IMG/VR virus record: IMGVR_UViG_3300026538_000054
Coordinates: 1 to 64,000 of that record
DNA from: a virus
Strand: one strand, 5' to 3'
DNA length: 64,000 nt
Part shown: positions 29,078-37,965 of the stretch, piece after piece
How positions within the stretch are numbered: the stretch's first letter is position 1
How the letters are laid out: each line of letters begins with the position of its first letter
Notes under the pieces: model-generated
What the model was told of the DNA's origin: nothing
Database searches by the model: none
The model's input: only the letters and a program-made list of their open reading frames with translations
Position numbers and translations under genes: made by a program

Positions 29078-30331
29078 ATGAAGACCGAGATCACCGTTGA
29101 CGCCGACCTGGAGCTGGTGCGCGGCGCGTTTCCGGGCGGTGCCTACGCACAGGCTCGTCAGGCCATCCTGGACAAGCGATGCTGCAAGGTCGTGATCAAG
29201 AAGTTGGGCGAAGGCGTCTGGGAGGCGACCTTCCAGGGCACGGGCGTGGACGGCGAAGAAGATCTGGTTGTCTGGCTGGACAGGCTGCCGGAGAAGGTGC
29301 TTGCTCTCTTCGCGGAGCCCGTGCAGATTGACTACCGGGATGAATTGAAGAAGATGGTCGAGGAAGCGAAGTGCCAGGCGGAGGCTGAGGCTCGGTTGAT
29401 GGAGGCGATGGCGACCGGCGCGTTTCCGCCTTACCCGGTCATCATGCCGCTCCTGCCGGCGAGCTACCGGGAGGAAGTGAAGAAGATCCTCGCAGAGCAA
29501 AAGCGGGACCCGGCGGCCTGGACGAAGGTATTGCCTACCGACATCGAGATGAGACCTGGCAGGTCGACGGAACTGCTCCAGCTCGCCGAAACTGCCGAAA
29601 CTTATGCCCAACACCTTCTCGGTATGGGTGGCGACCAGCGAAGCATCGAGCTGCGAAAGCTCCAGCAGTCGGACTCGGTCCTCTATTCCTACGTGGTCGA
29701 GCGACTGGATACCTGGCGACGGGCCGCCACCGGGCTGCAAAACGTGCCAGGTGCCGACCCCAAGGACGAGACGCTTCAGTCGGTCCGCGTGGACGAAAGC
29801 GCCAACTACCTGCTGCCGGGAGAGCGCGCGTTTCTTGTCCCACGGTCGGTTGTTGCGCAGTTTCTGAACTGCCCGTGCGACCGTTGCCGCAGGTTTCTCT
29901 CGTGTCTCGCCGATGTTGCCGCTGTCGCCATCAAGGAAGACTATTGTCGCGTCAGTATCCGGTGTATCGGCGTCAAGTCGACTAACTGGATCGGGGCCAC
30001 CTCGAGCTTCGGCGAGGCGATGTTCGAGCTTCGCGACATGCCTCCCGCTATCCGGGCCCTCTGGGACAGGCCCGTTACCGTGTCCGCGGCCGACGGTTAC
30101 TATCGGCTCTTTGAGGGCGAAGTTGTCCCTGGCAAGGGAGCGTTCGTCCATGCCGCCTGGCTGAGCGCCATCCTCGCCGTGAGTCCGCCCGAGCTTGTGC
30201 TCGGCCGCCCCTTCCGTCCCATCGTCTGCGACGGCCCTGGTCAGTGGTACTACCTCAGTGACGACGGCAGCAAGCACCCCTTTTCGCTGGCGGCAGCGTT
30301 CAAGGCCAGGGCCATTTTCGTCAAGACTTGA
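29078..30331 (+). CDS. hypothetical protein containing a copy of the portal C-terminal helical domain
   Basis: internal similarity to 21409-21560. Confidence 0.6.
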   Translation: MKTEITVDADLELVRGAFPGGAYAQARQAILDKRCCKVVIKKLGEGVWEATFQGTGVDGEEDLVVWLDRLPEKVLALFAEPVQIDYRDELKKMVEEAKCQAEAEARLMEAMATGAFPPYPVIMPLLPASYREEVKKILAEQKRDPAAWTKVLPTDIEMRPGRSTELLQLAETAETYAQHLLGMGGDQRSIELRKLQQSDSVLYSYVVERLDTWRRAATGLQNVPGADPKDETLQSVRVDESANYLLPGERAFLVPRSVVAQFLNCPCDRCRRFLSCLADVAAVAIKEDYCRVSIRCIGVKSTNWIGATSSFGEAMFELRDMPPAIRALWDRPVTVSAADGYYRLFEGEVVPGKGAFVHAAWLSAILAVSPPELVLGRPFRPIVCDGPGQWYYLSDDGSKHPFSLAAAFKARAIFVKT

Positions 30332-30349
30332 CCGTGGAGGACTGCCACC

Positions 30350-31483
30350 ATGCCGCTCGGCCTTCTTGCCATCGGCCTGACCAAGCGGGCCGGGCCTGTG
30401 CGCGCCTTCCTCGGCGGCCTCAATCCATGGAGCTCCAGGCCCGTCGCGCCGCCCGTGCCGACGGGCCTCCCCTACCCGCGCCCGCCGGTAGCCGCCCCCT
30501 TGGTCGCCTCCCCTCCAGGCGGCGCCGGCTCGCCTCTCTCGCCCAGGGTCGCTCCCGGCGTGGCCGAACTGGAGAACCGCCTGGCCGTCATCAGGCGTTA
30601 CCAGGCCCTGCGTGATACAGCGAGGTCGCGAGCCGGTTCGCCGGCCGCCGAGGCTGCGGCGCAGGAGATCGCTGCTCTGCGCGGCTCGCACTCCTGGCTA
30701 CCTACCACCATGGGCCACATTGACGCCGGCCGGCTGGACCCTGCCAGGATGCAAGCGACGGCCGCCAGACATCGTCTGGCCCTGAACCGACTCAACTACG
30801 GGTCCACGCCCCTGAGTGACTTGAGTCACGCCGACACGCCCGGCATCCTGCGGTCGTCTTTGCCTCTCGACGCTCAAGGGCGCTTCCTCTACGAAGGGGC
30901 CCCGGCTATGCTGAACACCGCTAGGGGTGTGCCTAGCCACGTCTCTACGGTTGGCGACTATCGCGCTTTTCTCAAGCAAGTAGAGGCCGGTAACGACGCG
31001 GCCCGAGGGCGAAGCAGTCGCGCCCACGCCAGTGCGCAGCAGGAGCTGAATAACTGGCGGGCGCGCGGGCAGGCTGTTCCAGGGGCGGTGTTGGCCGCCG
31101 GCGCCCCTGTCGGGCTGGGCGCTGCTGCTCTGCTCTCAGGCCGTGGCGCGGCACCTCCCGAAGGCCAGGTCGCGACAGGAGCGAGCGCTGGCGCTGGGCC
31201 GACGACCACCACTGGCGGCGGAGGAGGCGACAGCGGACAGGCCGCGCCGGACGTAGGCGAGGGCGGTGGCGACTGGGGCGGCTCAGCGACGGCCCCTGGA
31301 GCCAAACAGCCTGATAAGCCTTTCCTTCCTCCCAACCTGACCGACCCCTCCAAGTGGCCCTCTTGGGTCGCCCCGGCCGGCGCCGGCCTCCTGGGCACTG
31401 GCGCTCTGGGCCTGGCCGGCTACGGGCTTTACCGTGGACTTCGCAAGCCAAAGAAGGCCCCGGAAGAGGACGAAGACCAGTAG
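30350..31483 (+). CDS. Gly/Ala/Pro-rich putative virion protein with C-terminal hydrophobic segment
   Basis: GGAGG RBS; glycine-zipper segment near C-terminus. Confidence 0.55.
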   Translation: MPLGLLAIGLTKRAGPVRAFLGGLNPWSSRPVAPPVPTGLPYPRPPVAAPLVASPPGGAGSPLSPRVAPGVAELENRLAVIRRYQALRDTARSRAGSPAAEAAAQEIAALRGSHSWLPTTMGHIDAGRLDPARMQATAARHRLALNRLNYGSTPLSDLSHADTPGILRSSLPLDAQGRFLYEGAPAMLNTARGVPSHVSTVGDYRAFLKQVEAGNDAARGRSSRAHASAQQELNNWRARGQAVPGAVLAAGAPVGLGAAALLSGRGAAPPEGQVATGASAGAGPTTTTGGGGGDSGQAAPDVGEGGGDWGGSATAPGAKQPDKPFLPPNLTDPSKWPSWVAPAGAGLLGTGALGLAGYGLYRGLRKPKKAPEEDEDQ

Positions 31484-31517
31484 GATGGGCGGGCCGCCCC
31501 TGCAATCGGAGCCTTTC

Positions 31518-32237
31518 ATGACCCTGGACATCATCCACCGAATTGCCGATCGGGCCGCGTACGGCCCGATGCGCCTCTGCGACGTCGTCGGCGAGCTGGC
31601 TGTCAAGAGCGCCGCCGCTGGTGCCGGAGCGCGTGTCAACAAGCCCGATCTGACTACGCCTGCCACTAACAACGGTAGGCCTGGCTCCATGTTTGGTCGG
31701 TTCGGGCCGACCTCGGATGCGGCCTTCGTCTCTGTCGACCCGCATGTCAGCTCGTATGTCACTCCAGCCCCTCCCGGTGCCGCTTCTCACCCCGAGGTGC
31801 GCGTTAGTCCGCCCGTGAACGAGATGGGCGTGCCCCACCCGACGCCACCTCCCCAGCCTGGCGGCCCGCTGCAGACGTTGCTCTCCAATCCGCTCTACAC
31901 GGGCGCGGGCGGGGCCGCTCTCGGCGCTGGAGCGGGTGCCCTGGGCGGCGGTATGCGAGGTGCTCTGCGTGGTGCGGCCACGGGCGCCGGCGCCGGGCTG
32001 GGCCTGCACTACGGCGGTGACCTGGGCGAGCGTTACATCGGCGGCCCTCATGGCCGATACCTCGGTATGGGCGCGGGAGCGCTGGGTGGCGGTCTGGCTG
32101 GCCGCATGGCCTCTGGCCTTCTGCCAGGCGGCGATGACGACGAGGAAGACGACCCGCGAGCCAGGCGGCTCAGGAAGCGGTCCTTCGTGGAGGACCTGGC
32201 TGACAGGGCGGCCGCTGCCTCGGCTGGCGTGAAGTGA
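31518..32237 (+). CDS. glycine-zipper putative virion protein
   Basis: GAGGAALGAGAGALGG repeats. Confidence 0.55.
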   Translation: MTLDIIHRIADRAAYGPMRLCDVVGELAVKSAAAGAGARVNKPDLTTPATNNGRPGSMFGRFGPTSDAAFVSVDPHVSSYVTPAPPGAASHPEVRVSPPVNEMGVPHPTPPPQPGGPLQTLLSNPLYTGAGGAALGAGAGALGGGMRGALRGAATGAGAGLGLHYGGDLGERYIGGPHGRYLGMGAGALGGGLAGRMASGLLPGGDDDEEDDPRARRLRKRSFVEDLADRAAAASAGVK

Positions 32238-32267
32238 GGATTGGAATTCTTTTCCGGAAAACGCTAT

Positions 32268-32750
32268 ATGGCCCGTGGTGCTGCTTGGTGGGACCGGTTC
32301 TTCCTGGGCATGGCGCAGTACGTCTCGACGGCGTCTAAAGACCCCAGCACGAAGGCTGGCGCCGTGGTTGTGGATGACAAACGCAGGGTCGTAAGTGTCG
32401 GCTACAACGGCTTCGCACGCGGCGTGGTTGACGACCCTGCACGCTACACTAATCGCGAGCTCAAGTACAAAATGATCCTGCACGCTGAGCGCAACGCGCT
32501 ACTGTTTGCCGGCCGATCGCTTGAGAACTGCGTCCTCTACACCTGGCCGTTCATGACCTGCTCCGTCTGCGCGGCGATGGTCATCCAGACCGGTATCGTT
32601 CGGTGTGTCGCCCCTCCCATACCTGACCATCTGCAAGCTCGCTGGGGCGAGGACATGGCCCTGGCCGCGACCATGCTCCGCGAGGCCGGCGTCAGTCTGG
32701 TCGTTTATGAGGGGGAGATCAACGAGCGCAAGGACTGTTGCAGCACGTAG
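32268..32750 (+). CDS. dCMP deaminase
   Basis: SKDPST..GA, GYNG, HAERNA, P..C..C. Confidence 0.9.
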   Translation: MARGAAWWDRFFLGMAQYVSTASKDPSTKAGAVVVDDKRRVVSVGYNGFARGVVDDPARYTNRELKYKMILHAERNALLFAGRSLENCVLYTWPFMTCSVCAAMVIQTGIVRCVAPPIPDHLQARWGEDMALAATMLREAGVSLVVYEGEINERKDCCST

Positions 32751-32778
32751 CCCTCTGCAGCGGGCTGAAAGCTGCGAC
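32742..32778 (+). repeat. solo diverged CRISPR repeat overlapping dCMP deaminase stop
   Basis: AGCCCTCTGCAGCGGGCTGAAAGCTGCGAC. Confidence 0.85.
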
Positions 32779-32801
32779 GTCGAGGTGATGACGCCAGGAC
32801 A

Positions 32802-33167
32802 TCACCTCCTTGGTGCTGGCGTGAGGCTGATCCGCGGCGTGCCGTAGTCGCCCTCGGCCGTCCCTCTTAGTCTGCCGTTCAGGCGGACGGACCACTTGTG
32901 CTCCCAGCCATTCTCGCCGAGCTTGCTCGTCACTTTTAGGACGCCGTCCTTGAGCGACCAGCGGCCCGTATACCACGCTCCGTCGATCTCTCTGCTGCAC
33001 TCATACTTGCCGTCTGCGTGGAAGGTCACCTGGTAGTCCTGTGTGCCCCAGATGAGTACGTACTCGCCCTGCAGCCTAATAGGCTTCGTCGCGGGCACCG
33101 GTGCGCTCCATCCAGGGAACAAAGTCGAACCCGTCACGACTGTTGCCAACAAGATTGCGTTTCGCAT
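32802..33167 (-). CDS. small secreted protein
   Basis: signal-peptide-like N-terminus ending SAPVP (planctomycete-like). Confidence 0.6.
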   Translation of the reverse strand: MRNAILLATVVTGSTLFPGWSAPVPATKPIRLQGEYVLIWGTQDYQVTFHADGKYECSREIDGAWYTGRWSLKDGVLKVTSKLGENGWEHKWSVRLNGRLRGTAEGDYGTPRISLTPAPRR

Positions 33168-33197
33168 GGCTTCGCATTGCTCTGACAGGGAAGTGGT

Positions 33198-33234
33198 GTC
33201 GTAGCTTTTAGCCCGCTACGGAGGGCTTCGGCAC
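33198..33234 (-). repeat. solo diverged CRISPR repeat
   Basis: reverse complement GTGCCGAAGCCCTCCGTAGCGGGCTAAAAGCTACGAC. Confidence 0.85.
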
Positions 33235-33280
33235 TCTCGGTATCGTAGCATGCCCGGTAGCCCTTTTTCCGGAGACCTTT

Positions 33281-34144
33281 ATGGCTGTGTTCATGGAGCT
33301 CGGCAAGCATGTTGCCGATATGGATCAGGACTGTTACGTCCGGTTGACGGCGCTTCAGAAGATCTCTGGCGACGATCGTGAGCCGCGGACGTACGCGAGG
33401 ACCGTGTCCGGCAAGGCCGCCATGAAGCGGTTGGAAGCGGAGCTGGGCCTGCGCCAGGAGGAGCTCTTCCGGATCGGCAAGGGCGGCGCCAAGTACGCCC
33501 ACCTGCGCGTTGTCGAGCTGCTCGTCAACTGGTGGGGAAAGAGCGACAAGGTCAAGCCGGGGTTCGTCTCTTACTGCAGGCAGCGAATCGCGGACCTACT
33601 GGCCGCCCGAAGCGGCGACCCTGAAGCGAAGTCCCGCGCGAGCGCCCAGACGGCGGCCTTTCAAGAGAGCCAGAAGAAGCTGCACACCTGGCACGGGATC
33701 GGCTTTCACACGGCTAGCGGTTACTTCTACGCCGACGAGATGTGCCGACCCTACGGCAGGCGGCTCGACGACTTTCTGGCTACCCAGGAGGGGCGAGCCG
33801 TTCTGGAGCAGACCTCCAAGAGGTCGAACAGGCCCGTGGCCGACCTGGTGCGGCTCGCCCCTGACGGCGTGAATCGTTTGGTCCACGGGGTGGTGGGCGT
33901 GGCGCTTGCCCACTGGCTGGACGTCGAGTTCTTCGTCTACTGCCAGGACTGGCTGATCCGGCACGGCCTCAACGTCCTGTCGCCCCGAAACGGCGCTCCG
34001 GTCTACGACGAGCTTCACGGTCGAATTGACGCCCTGGAAGAGCAGGCCTGGCAGGCGGCGCAGGAGTTTGCCAGGCTTCGTCGAGATCTGGACATTGCCG
34101 CCGCGTGTATTGAGTACTGCGACGCCAGGCTTCGGCGGTCCTGA
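33281..34144 (+). CDS. KilA-N/APSES-like DNA-binding protein
   Basis: GYFYADEMCRPYGRRLDDFL..., VHGVVGVALAHWL; C-terminal coiled coil. Confidence 0.6.
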   Translation: MAVFMELGKHVADMDQDCYVRLTALQKISGDDREPRTYARTVSGKAAMKRLEAELGLRQEELFRIGKGGAKYAHLRVVELLVNWWGKSDKVKPGFVSYCRQRIADLLAARSGDPEAKSRASAQTAAFQESQKKLHTWHGIGFHTASGYFYADEMCRPYGRRLDDFLATQEGRAVLEQTSKRSNRPVADLVRLAPDGVNRLVHGVVGVALAHWLDVEFFVYCQDWLIRHGLNVLSPRNGAPVYDELHGRIDALEEQAWQAAQEFARLRRDLDIAAACIEYCDARLRRS

Positions 34145-34173
34145 ACGGCCCTGAGTATCTGACCTATTACCCG

Positions 34174-34224
34174 GCGGTCGGTGGTGACTGGTTGTTCCAG
34201 TCACCACCGACCGCTTTGTTTTTT
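34174..34224 (+). terminator. intrinsic terminator
   Basis: 18-bp stem GCGGTCGGTGGTGACTGG / CCAGTCACCACCGACCGC plus T tract. Confidence 0.75.
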
Positions 34225-34235
34225 GAGGTAGTGTT

Positions 34236-35543
34236 ATGTTTCGTGTACGAAGCAGGCGGCTGGGCGTTGAGTGCTTGAGCGAGCGCGTCGTTCCCGCCGC
34301 CATGACCTGGGGCGGTGGCAGCATGCTTGACGCTTCCGTTCTGAGAACAGACAACTGGGCTGGTGGTGTGGTGCCGGGCGCGAATGACAGTGTCACGATC
34401 GGCGTGAGCGATCATCCGCCCTGGGTCCCGGCCGGCTGGCCTGTCACCTGGGGGGCGTTAAGCCTGGCGTCTAACGCCGTCATTCACGATACCGGGTTGT
34501 TAATCATTACCGGGGCTGGCGTCGCGGGCGACTATCCTAGCGTCATTTCCGGCAGCGTCGATTTCCATTACCAGGGACCGCCGAAAGGCCCTGCCCCTGG
34601 CAGGATTGAAGAGAACGGAGTGTTGGCGTTCGAGTCCAGGGGCGCGCTCTGGAACTCGGGCGGGATCGGTGACGGGACCGGACTGGGAACTGTCATTATC
34701 GATACTGGCGGGACGTTAGAGGCTCGCTCGAACGCCGTGGGCTTCAACTGGTGTGATGTCGTTGTCGGCTACAACGGCAAGCTAAACTTAACCAGCTTGA
34801 ACGCCAACCTGCTAACGACGGTTACGGATATAACGATTGAGAATAATGGGCAGCTTAACTTCACCAGCACTGACACGGGACAGGGCGCGCGAGGCGGCTT
34901 GGCGGGTGATGGGCGGGTATTCCTGACGGACGACGGCGTGATCATGAACCAGGCCAGGGTTGCTCCCGGTCAGGGGGTTGGCTGGTTGACGCTCAACGTA
35001 AAGTTGACCATTTCGGGTGGCAACTATACGGTTGACACCGAAAGCTATAGTAAGCACTCCGGTGCCGATCTGATCTTCACCCAAGACGTCTATCAGGACG
35101 GCGGTGCCATGCACCTGCACGGCCGTTGTGACGCCATCTGGTACGACGACGGCGGGATCTTCAAGTTTGAGTTGGGAGATCACCCAACTATCTGCGGCAC
35201 GCTCACGATTGACGACGGCGGCGTGTTGAGCTTCGACCAGTGCGGCAATGAGTCGAAGGTCATCGGCGACCTGATCTTCACCGAGGGCACGTACAACTTG
35301 CCCCTCGGTGACGCGGCGATGGTCCCAAAGCTCCACGTTACCGGCAGCGCGACGTTTGGGTCGAACGAGTTCGGCCCGACCGCCTGCCTGAACTGGTTCG
35401 TCCCGCCGAACCAGACCGCGCCCGCCAACGCCGTCGAGTTCTTCCTGTGCGACGGGACGGTCACGGGCACTCTGGGCGAGCTGCAAGTGCAGCGGTTCCT
35501 GACTGTCGCGGTTGTTAACGGTCAGACGCGCTTCTCGATTTGA
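34236..35543 (+). CDS. planctomycete-type extracellular protein (Planc_extracel-like signal plus beta-helix-like repeats)
   Basis: RLGVECLSERVVPA N-terminal motif; G/T/N-rich beta-strand repeats; lower GC. Confidence 0.6.
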   Translation: MFRVRSRRLGVECLSERVVPAAMTWGGGSMLDASVLRTDNWAGGVVPGANDSVTIGVSDHPPWVPAGWPVTWGALSLASNAVIHDTGLLIITGAGVAGDYPSVISGSVDFHYQGPPKGPAPGRIEENGVLAFESRGALWNSGGIGDGTGLGTVIIDTGGTLEARSNAVGFNWCDVVVGYNGKLNLTSLNANLLTTVTDITIENNGQLNFTSTDTGQGARGGLAGDGRVFLTDDGVIMNQARVAPGQGVGWLTLNVKLTISGGNYTVDTESYSKHSGADLIFTQDVYQDGGAMHLHGRCDAIWYDDGGIFKFELGDHPTICGTLTIDDGGVLSFDQCGNESKVIGDLIFTEGTYNLPLGDAAMVPKLHVTGSATFGSNEFGPTACLNWFVPPNQTAPANAVEFFLCDGTVTGTLGELQVQRFLTVAVVNGQTRFSI

Positions 35544-35635
35544 CATATTCGGACCGCCACGAAAGCAACCATGTTTCTCAGCAATTCTCAGCAACAAGGC
35601 CGCTGAGAAGGCCTTCATCTCTGATGGTAGCAACC

Positions 35636-35857
35636 ATGTCAGACTTTGATGTCTTGTATTGCTCGAGCGTCGTCTTCTGCTCCGCCCTGGTTGCCGCGAT
35701 TGTCATCGGCCCCTGGGAACCAGTTCTTCGCTTTTTCGGGCTTCGTCGATCGGCGTGGGCCCTCGGCAAGGTCCGAGGGCTTTGCTGGGCCGCGGCCGCT
35801 CTGGCCGCGGTGTTCTTTCTCGTCTGGCTCGTGCGGCTAATCTTTTTCGGGAGTTAA
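35636..35857 (+). CDS. small two-helix membrane protein
   Basis: two hydrophobic stretches. Confidence 0.5.
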   Translation: MSDFDVLYCSSVVFCSALVAAIVIGPWEPVLRFFGLRRSAWALGKVRGLCWAAAALAAVFFLVWLVRLIFFGS

Positions 35858-35862
35858 CGGTC

Positions 35863-36345
35863 ATGTCAACCAAGGCCAGTCAAGAAGTCGTCATCATCGA
35901 GGCTGAGATCGCCGTCTCCAGGGCGAAGGGGAGGTGCCCCTGGCCCAGCCAGTCCTTCCCGAACGGCTTTGAGTTCTTCTTTGAGCGGCTCCAGATCAAG
36001 CGCATCGAGAAGTGCGCGTACCCCGCGGACCAGGGCCTCGCGGTGCTCAGTCCCTGCGAGGACGACGACTGCGTCACCATCCTGGTCGACGAACCGGCCC
36101 GCCTGGGCGGCGTGCTCCGGCGCTACTACGACCAGGAACGTGCCGAGCTGCGTGTTCCCGGTCGTCTCTGCACTATCTGGCTGGGGGTGAGTCAGTTCAA
36201 GCTCATGGACCTGCTCCAGTCGCAGGCCCCCGAGGCCATCACGGAGGCCCTTGCCCTGGCCGTCCTCGCCCGCAACTACACCACCATCACCGCGCAGGTC
36301 CAGGGTGGGAAGTACACGGAACGGAGAGCGCAGGCCCCGGCGTGA
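35863..36345 (+). CDS. hypothetical protein
   Basis: GC3-biased ORF. Confidence 0.6.
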   Translation: MSTKASQEVVIIEAEIAVSRAKGRCPWPSQSFPNGFEFFFERLQIKRIEKCAYPADQGLAVLSPCEDDDCVTILVDEPARLGGVLRRYYDQERAELRVPGRLCTIWLGVSQFKLMDLLQSQAPEAITEALALAVLARNYTTITAQVQGGKYTERRAQAPA

Positions 36346-36385
36346 CCAAGTGCTGTTTCCTTGCTCTTGTGCGGAGGCACTGATC

Positions 36386-36856
36386 TTGAAAGCCGCATCG
36401 ACGGTGTCGCCGGAGTATCGAGAACTGGCCCTGGCAGCACTTGAGCGGGCGGCCGGGCCATTGACCTGGCTGGCGCTGGCGCAACTGGCGTGCGTCGCCG
36501 ACGTCTCGAGCGCCTATCTCGAGTTCGCGGCGGCCCTGAGGGAGTTGGCGGCCTCCGGCCAGGCCCTGAGACAAGGAGGCCCGGCGGGTGATCTTTTCAG
36601 ACGGGTTGATCAACCAACTCAGCTCGGCGACAAAAGACCCGGTCGGCTGGCCCGTGCCCTCACGAACCTGCGAATCAAGCATGGGCTTTCTCAGGAGCAG
36701 GCGGCCTTGCAGCTTGGCTGGCCGCCCACGCGGGTCGTCAGGCTTGAAAATTCGCCCGACGACGAACAGAAGTTGGGTGAGCTCAAGACCTACGCTCGCG
36801 CGCTAGGTAGAGACTTGTTCGTTGCCTTCGCCGTTGCTGTGGGCGAGGCGGACTAG
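36386..36856 (+). CDS. XRE-family HTH regulator
   Basis: LRIKHGLSQEQAALQLGWPPTRVVRLEN; start uncertain. Confidence 0.65.
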   Translation: MKAASTVSPEYRELALAALERAAGPLTWLALAQLACVADVSSAYLEFAAALRELAASGQALRQGGPAGDLFRRVDQPTQLGDKRPGRLARALTNLRIKHGLSQEQAALQLGWPPTRVVRLENSPDDEQKLGELKTYARALGRDLFVAFAVAVGEAD

Positions 36857-36862
36857 CTCGTG

Positions 36863-37181
36863 TAATGCTGGCCCTCTGCAGCGGGCTGAATGCTGCAAAA
36901 ATGCTGCAAAAAGAAATGGGCCGAGCGCCAAGCAGAGACAAGGCCGGTGGCAATTGCCACCGGCCTTGTCTCTTTCTCTTAGCTATCGAGCCGCGTGCGC
37001 CTTTCCCATGCGGGTGTTATGCTGTAGGCCGTACCAGAGCCATACGCAGCGGGCTAAAAGCTGCGAAGGATGGCGACCTGTGTCAAAGCCCTGCGCAGCG
37101 GGCTGAATGCTGCGAGAGGATGTCCCACTCCCTGGCCACGGTGGGTGACAAAGCCCTTTGCAGCGGGCTTAAAGCTGCGAC
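36863..37181 (+). CRISPR. degenerate repeat cluster: 4 copies (36863, 37031, 37080, 37145) with irregular spacing
   Basis: each copy retains the AGCC..GCAGCGGGCT..GCTGC core. Confidence 0.75.
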
Positions 37182-37223
37182 GCAGCGGGGTAAGTGCTGT
37201 AACAGCCGAAGGATGAGCGAACC

Positions 37224-37724
37224 ATGTCCGAACACGAGTTGCTGCGCTCCATCAATCAACGCCTCGCACACATAGGCCGCTCGACGGACGCTATCGCCTC
37301 GGCTGTCTTCCTTATCGTGCGAAAGTTGCTCGATGAGGAGCAAGGTGGCCTGTCGCCCGAAGACGCCGCCAAAGTGCTCGCCCGACTGACGGCCCACGAC
37401 CAAGCTCTCGAGGACATCGTCGCCGAGCAAACCGACGAGAGCTCTTCCACGCTCGGCAAACACCACTCAGTAGCGAGAACCGCGATGGCTATTCCGCAAG
37501 CCTTGCAGGACATCTTGGCCAAGATTGACGCCGACACCAGCGCCCTGGCCGCGGTGGTCCTGGACCTGCGCAACAAGATCAGCACGGGCATGTCCCAGGA
37601 GGACGTGGTCGCCGTACAGACCACCCTGGGTCAGATCGCCGACCGTCTCGAGCAGACGGCTCACGACCCCAACGCGCCGGTGCCGCCCGGCCCTCAACCG
37701 GTCTTCGCCGGCCGCAAGCCGTAA
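37224..37724 (+). CDS. coiled-coil hypothetical protein; contains the protospacer for spacer 1
   Basis: ORF; 37632-37669 is the exact reverse complement of spacer 1. Confidence 0.65.
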   Translation: MSEHELLRSINQRLAHIGRSTDAIASAVFLIVRKLLDEEQGGLSPEDAAKVLARLTAHDQALEDIVAEQTDESSSTLGKHHSVARTAMAIPQALQDILAKIDADTSALAAVVLDLRNKISTGMSQEDVVAVQTTLGQIADRLEQTAHDPNAPVPPGPQPVFAGRKP

Positions 37725-37925
37725 GGCGGCCAAGAGATCACGTTGTTCGGTAGGTGGTCGGAACGAGCCGAGTGCCCCTCACGGGGAGTCGGCTCGTTTC
37801 GTTTTCCCTTTTCCGGAAAACGTTTTGTCGCGTGCGTGTTAACCTGGCGACAGGCCTACTCGGCGGCCTAATAGCCGAGAAGTAGCCTAGAACGGAAAAA
37901 GAAACGAGCTAATAGCTAAAAGAAA

Positions 37926-37965
37926 AACGTACCAGGCCACCCGTATACGGGTGGCCTGGTACGTT
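37926..37965. repeat. perfect 40-bp palindrome
   Basis: AACGTACCAGGCCACCCGTA|TACGGGTGGCCTGGTACGTT. Confidence 0.9.

Noticed and set aside
28976-30691. Long antisense ORFs (also 7999-9702, 4361-5818, 24874-26244, 30972-32483)
   Set aside because: Shadows of GC3-biased sense genes; no RBS or recognisable motifs.
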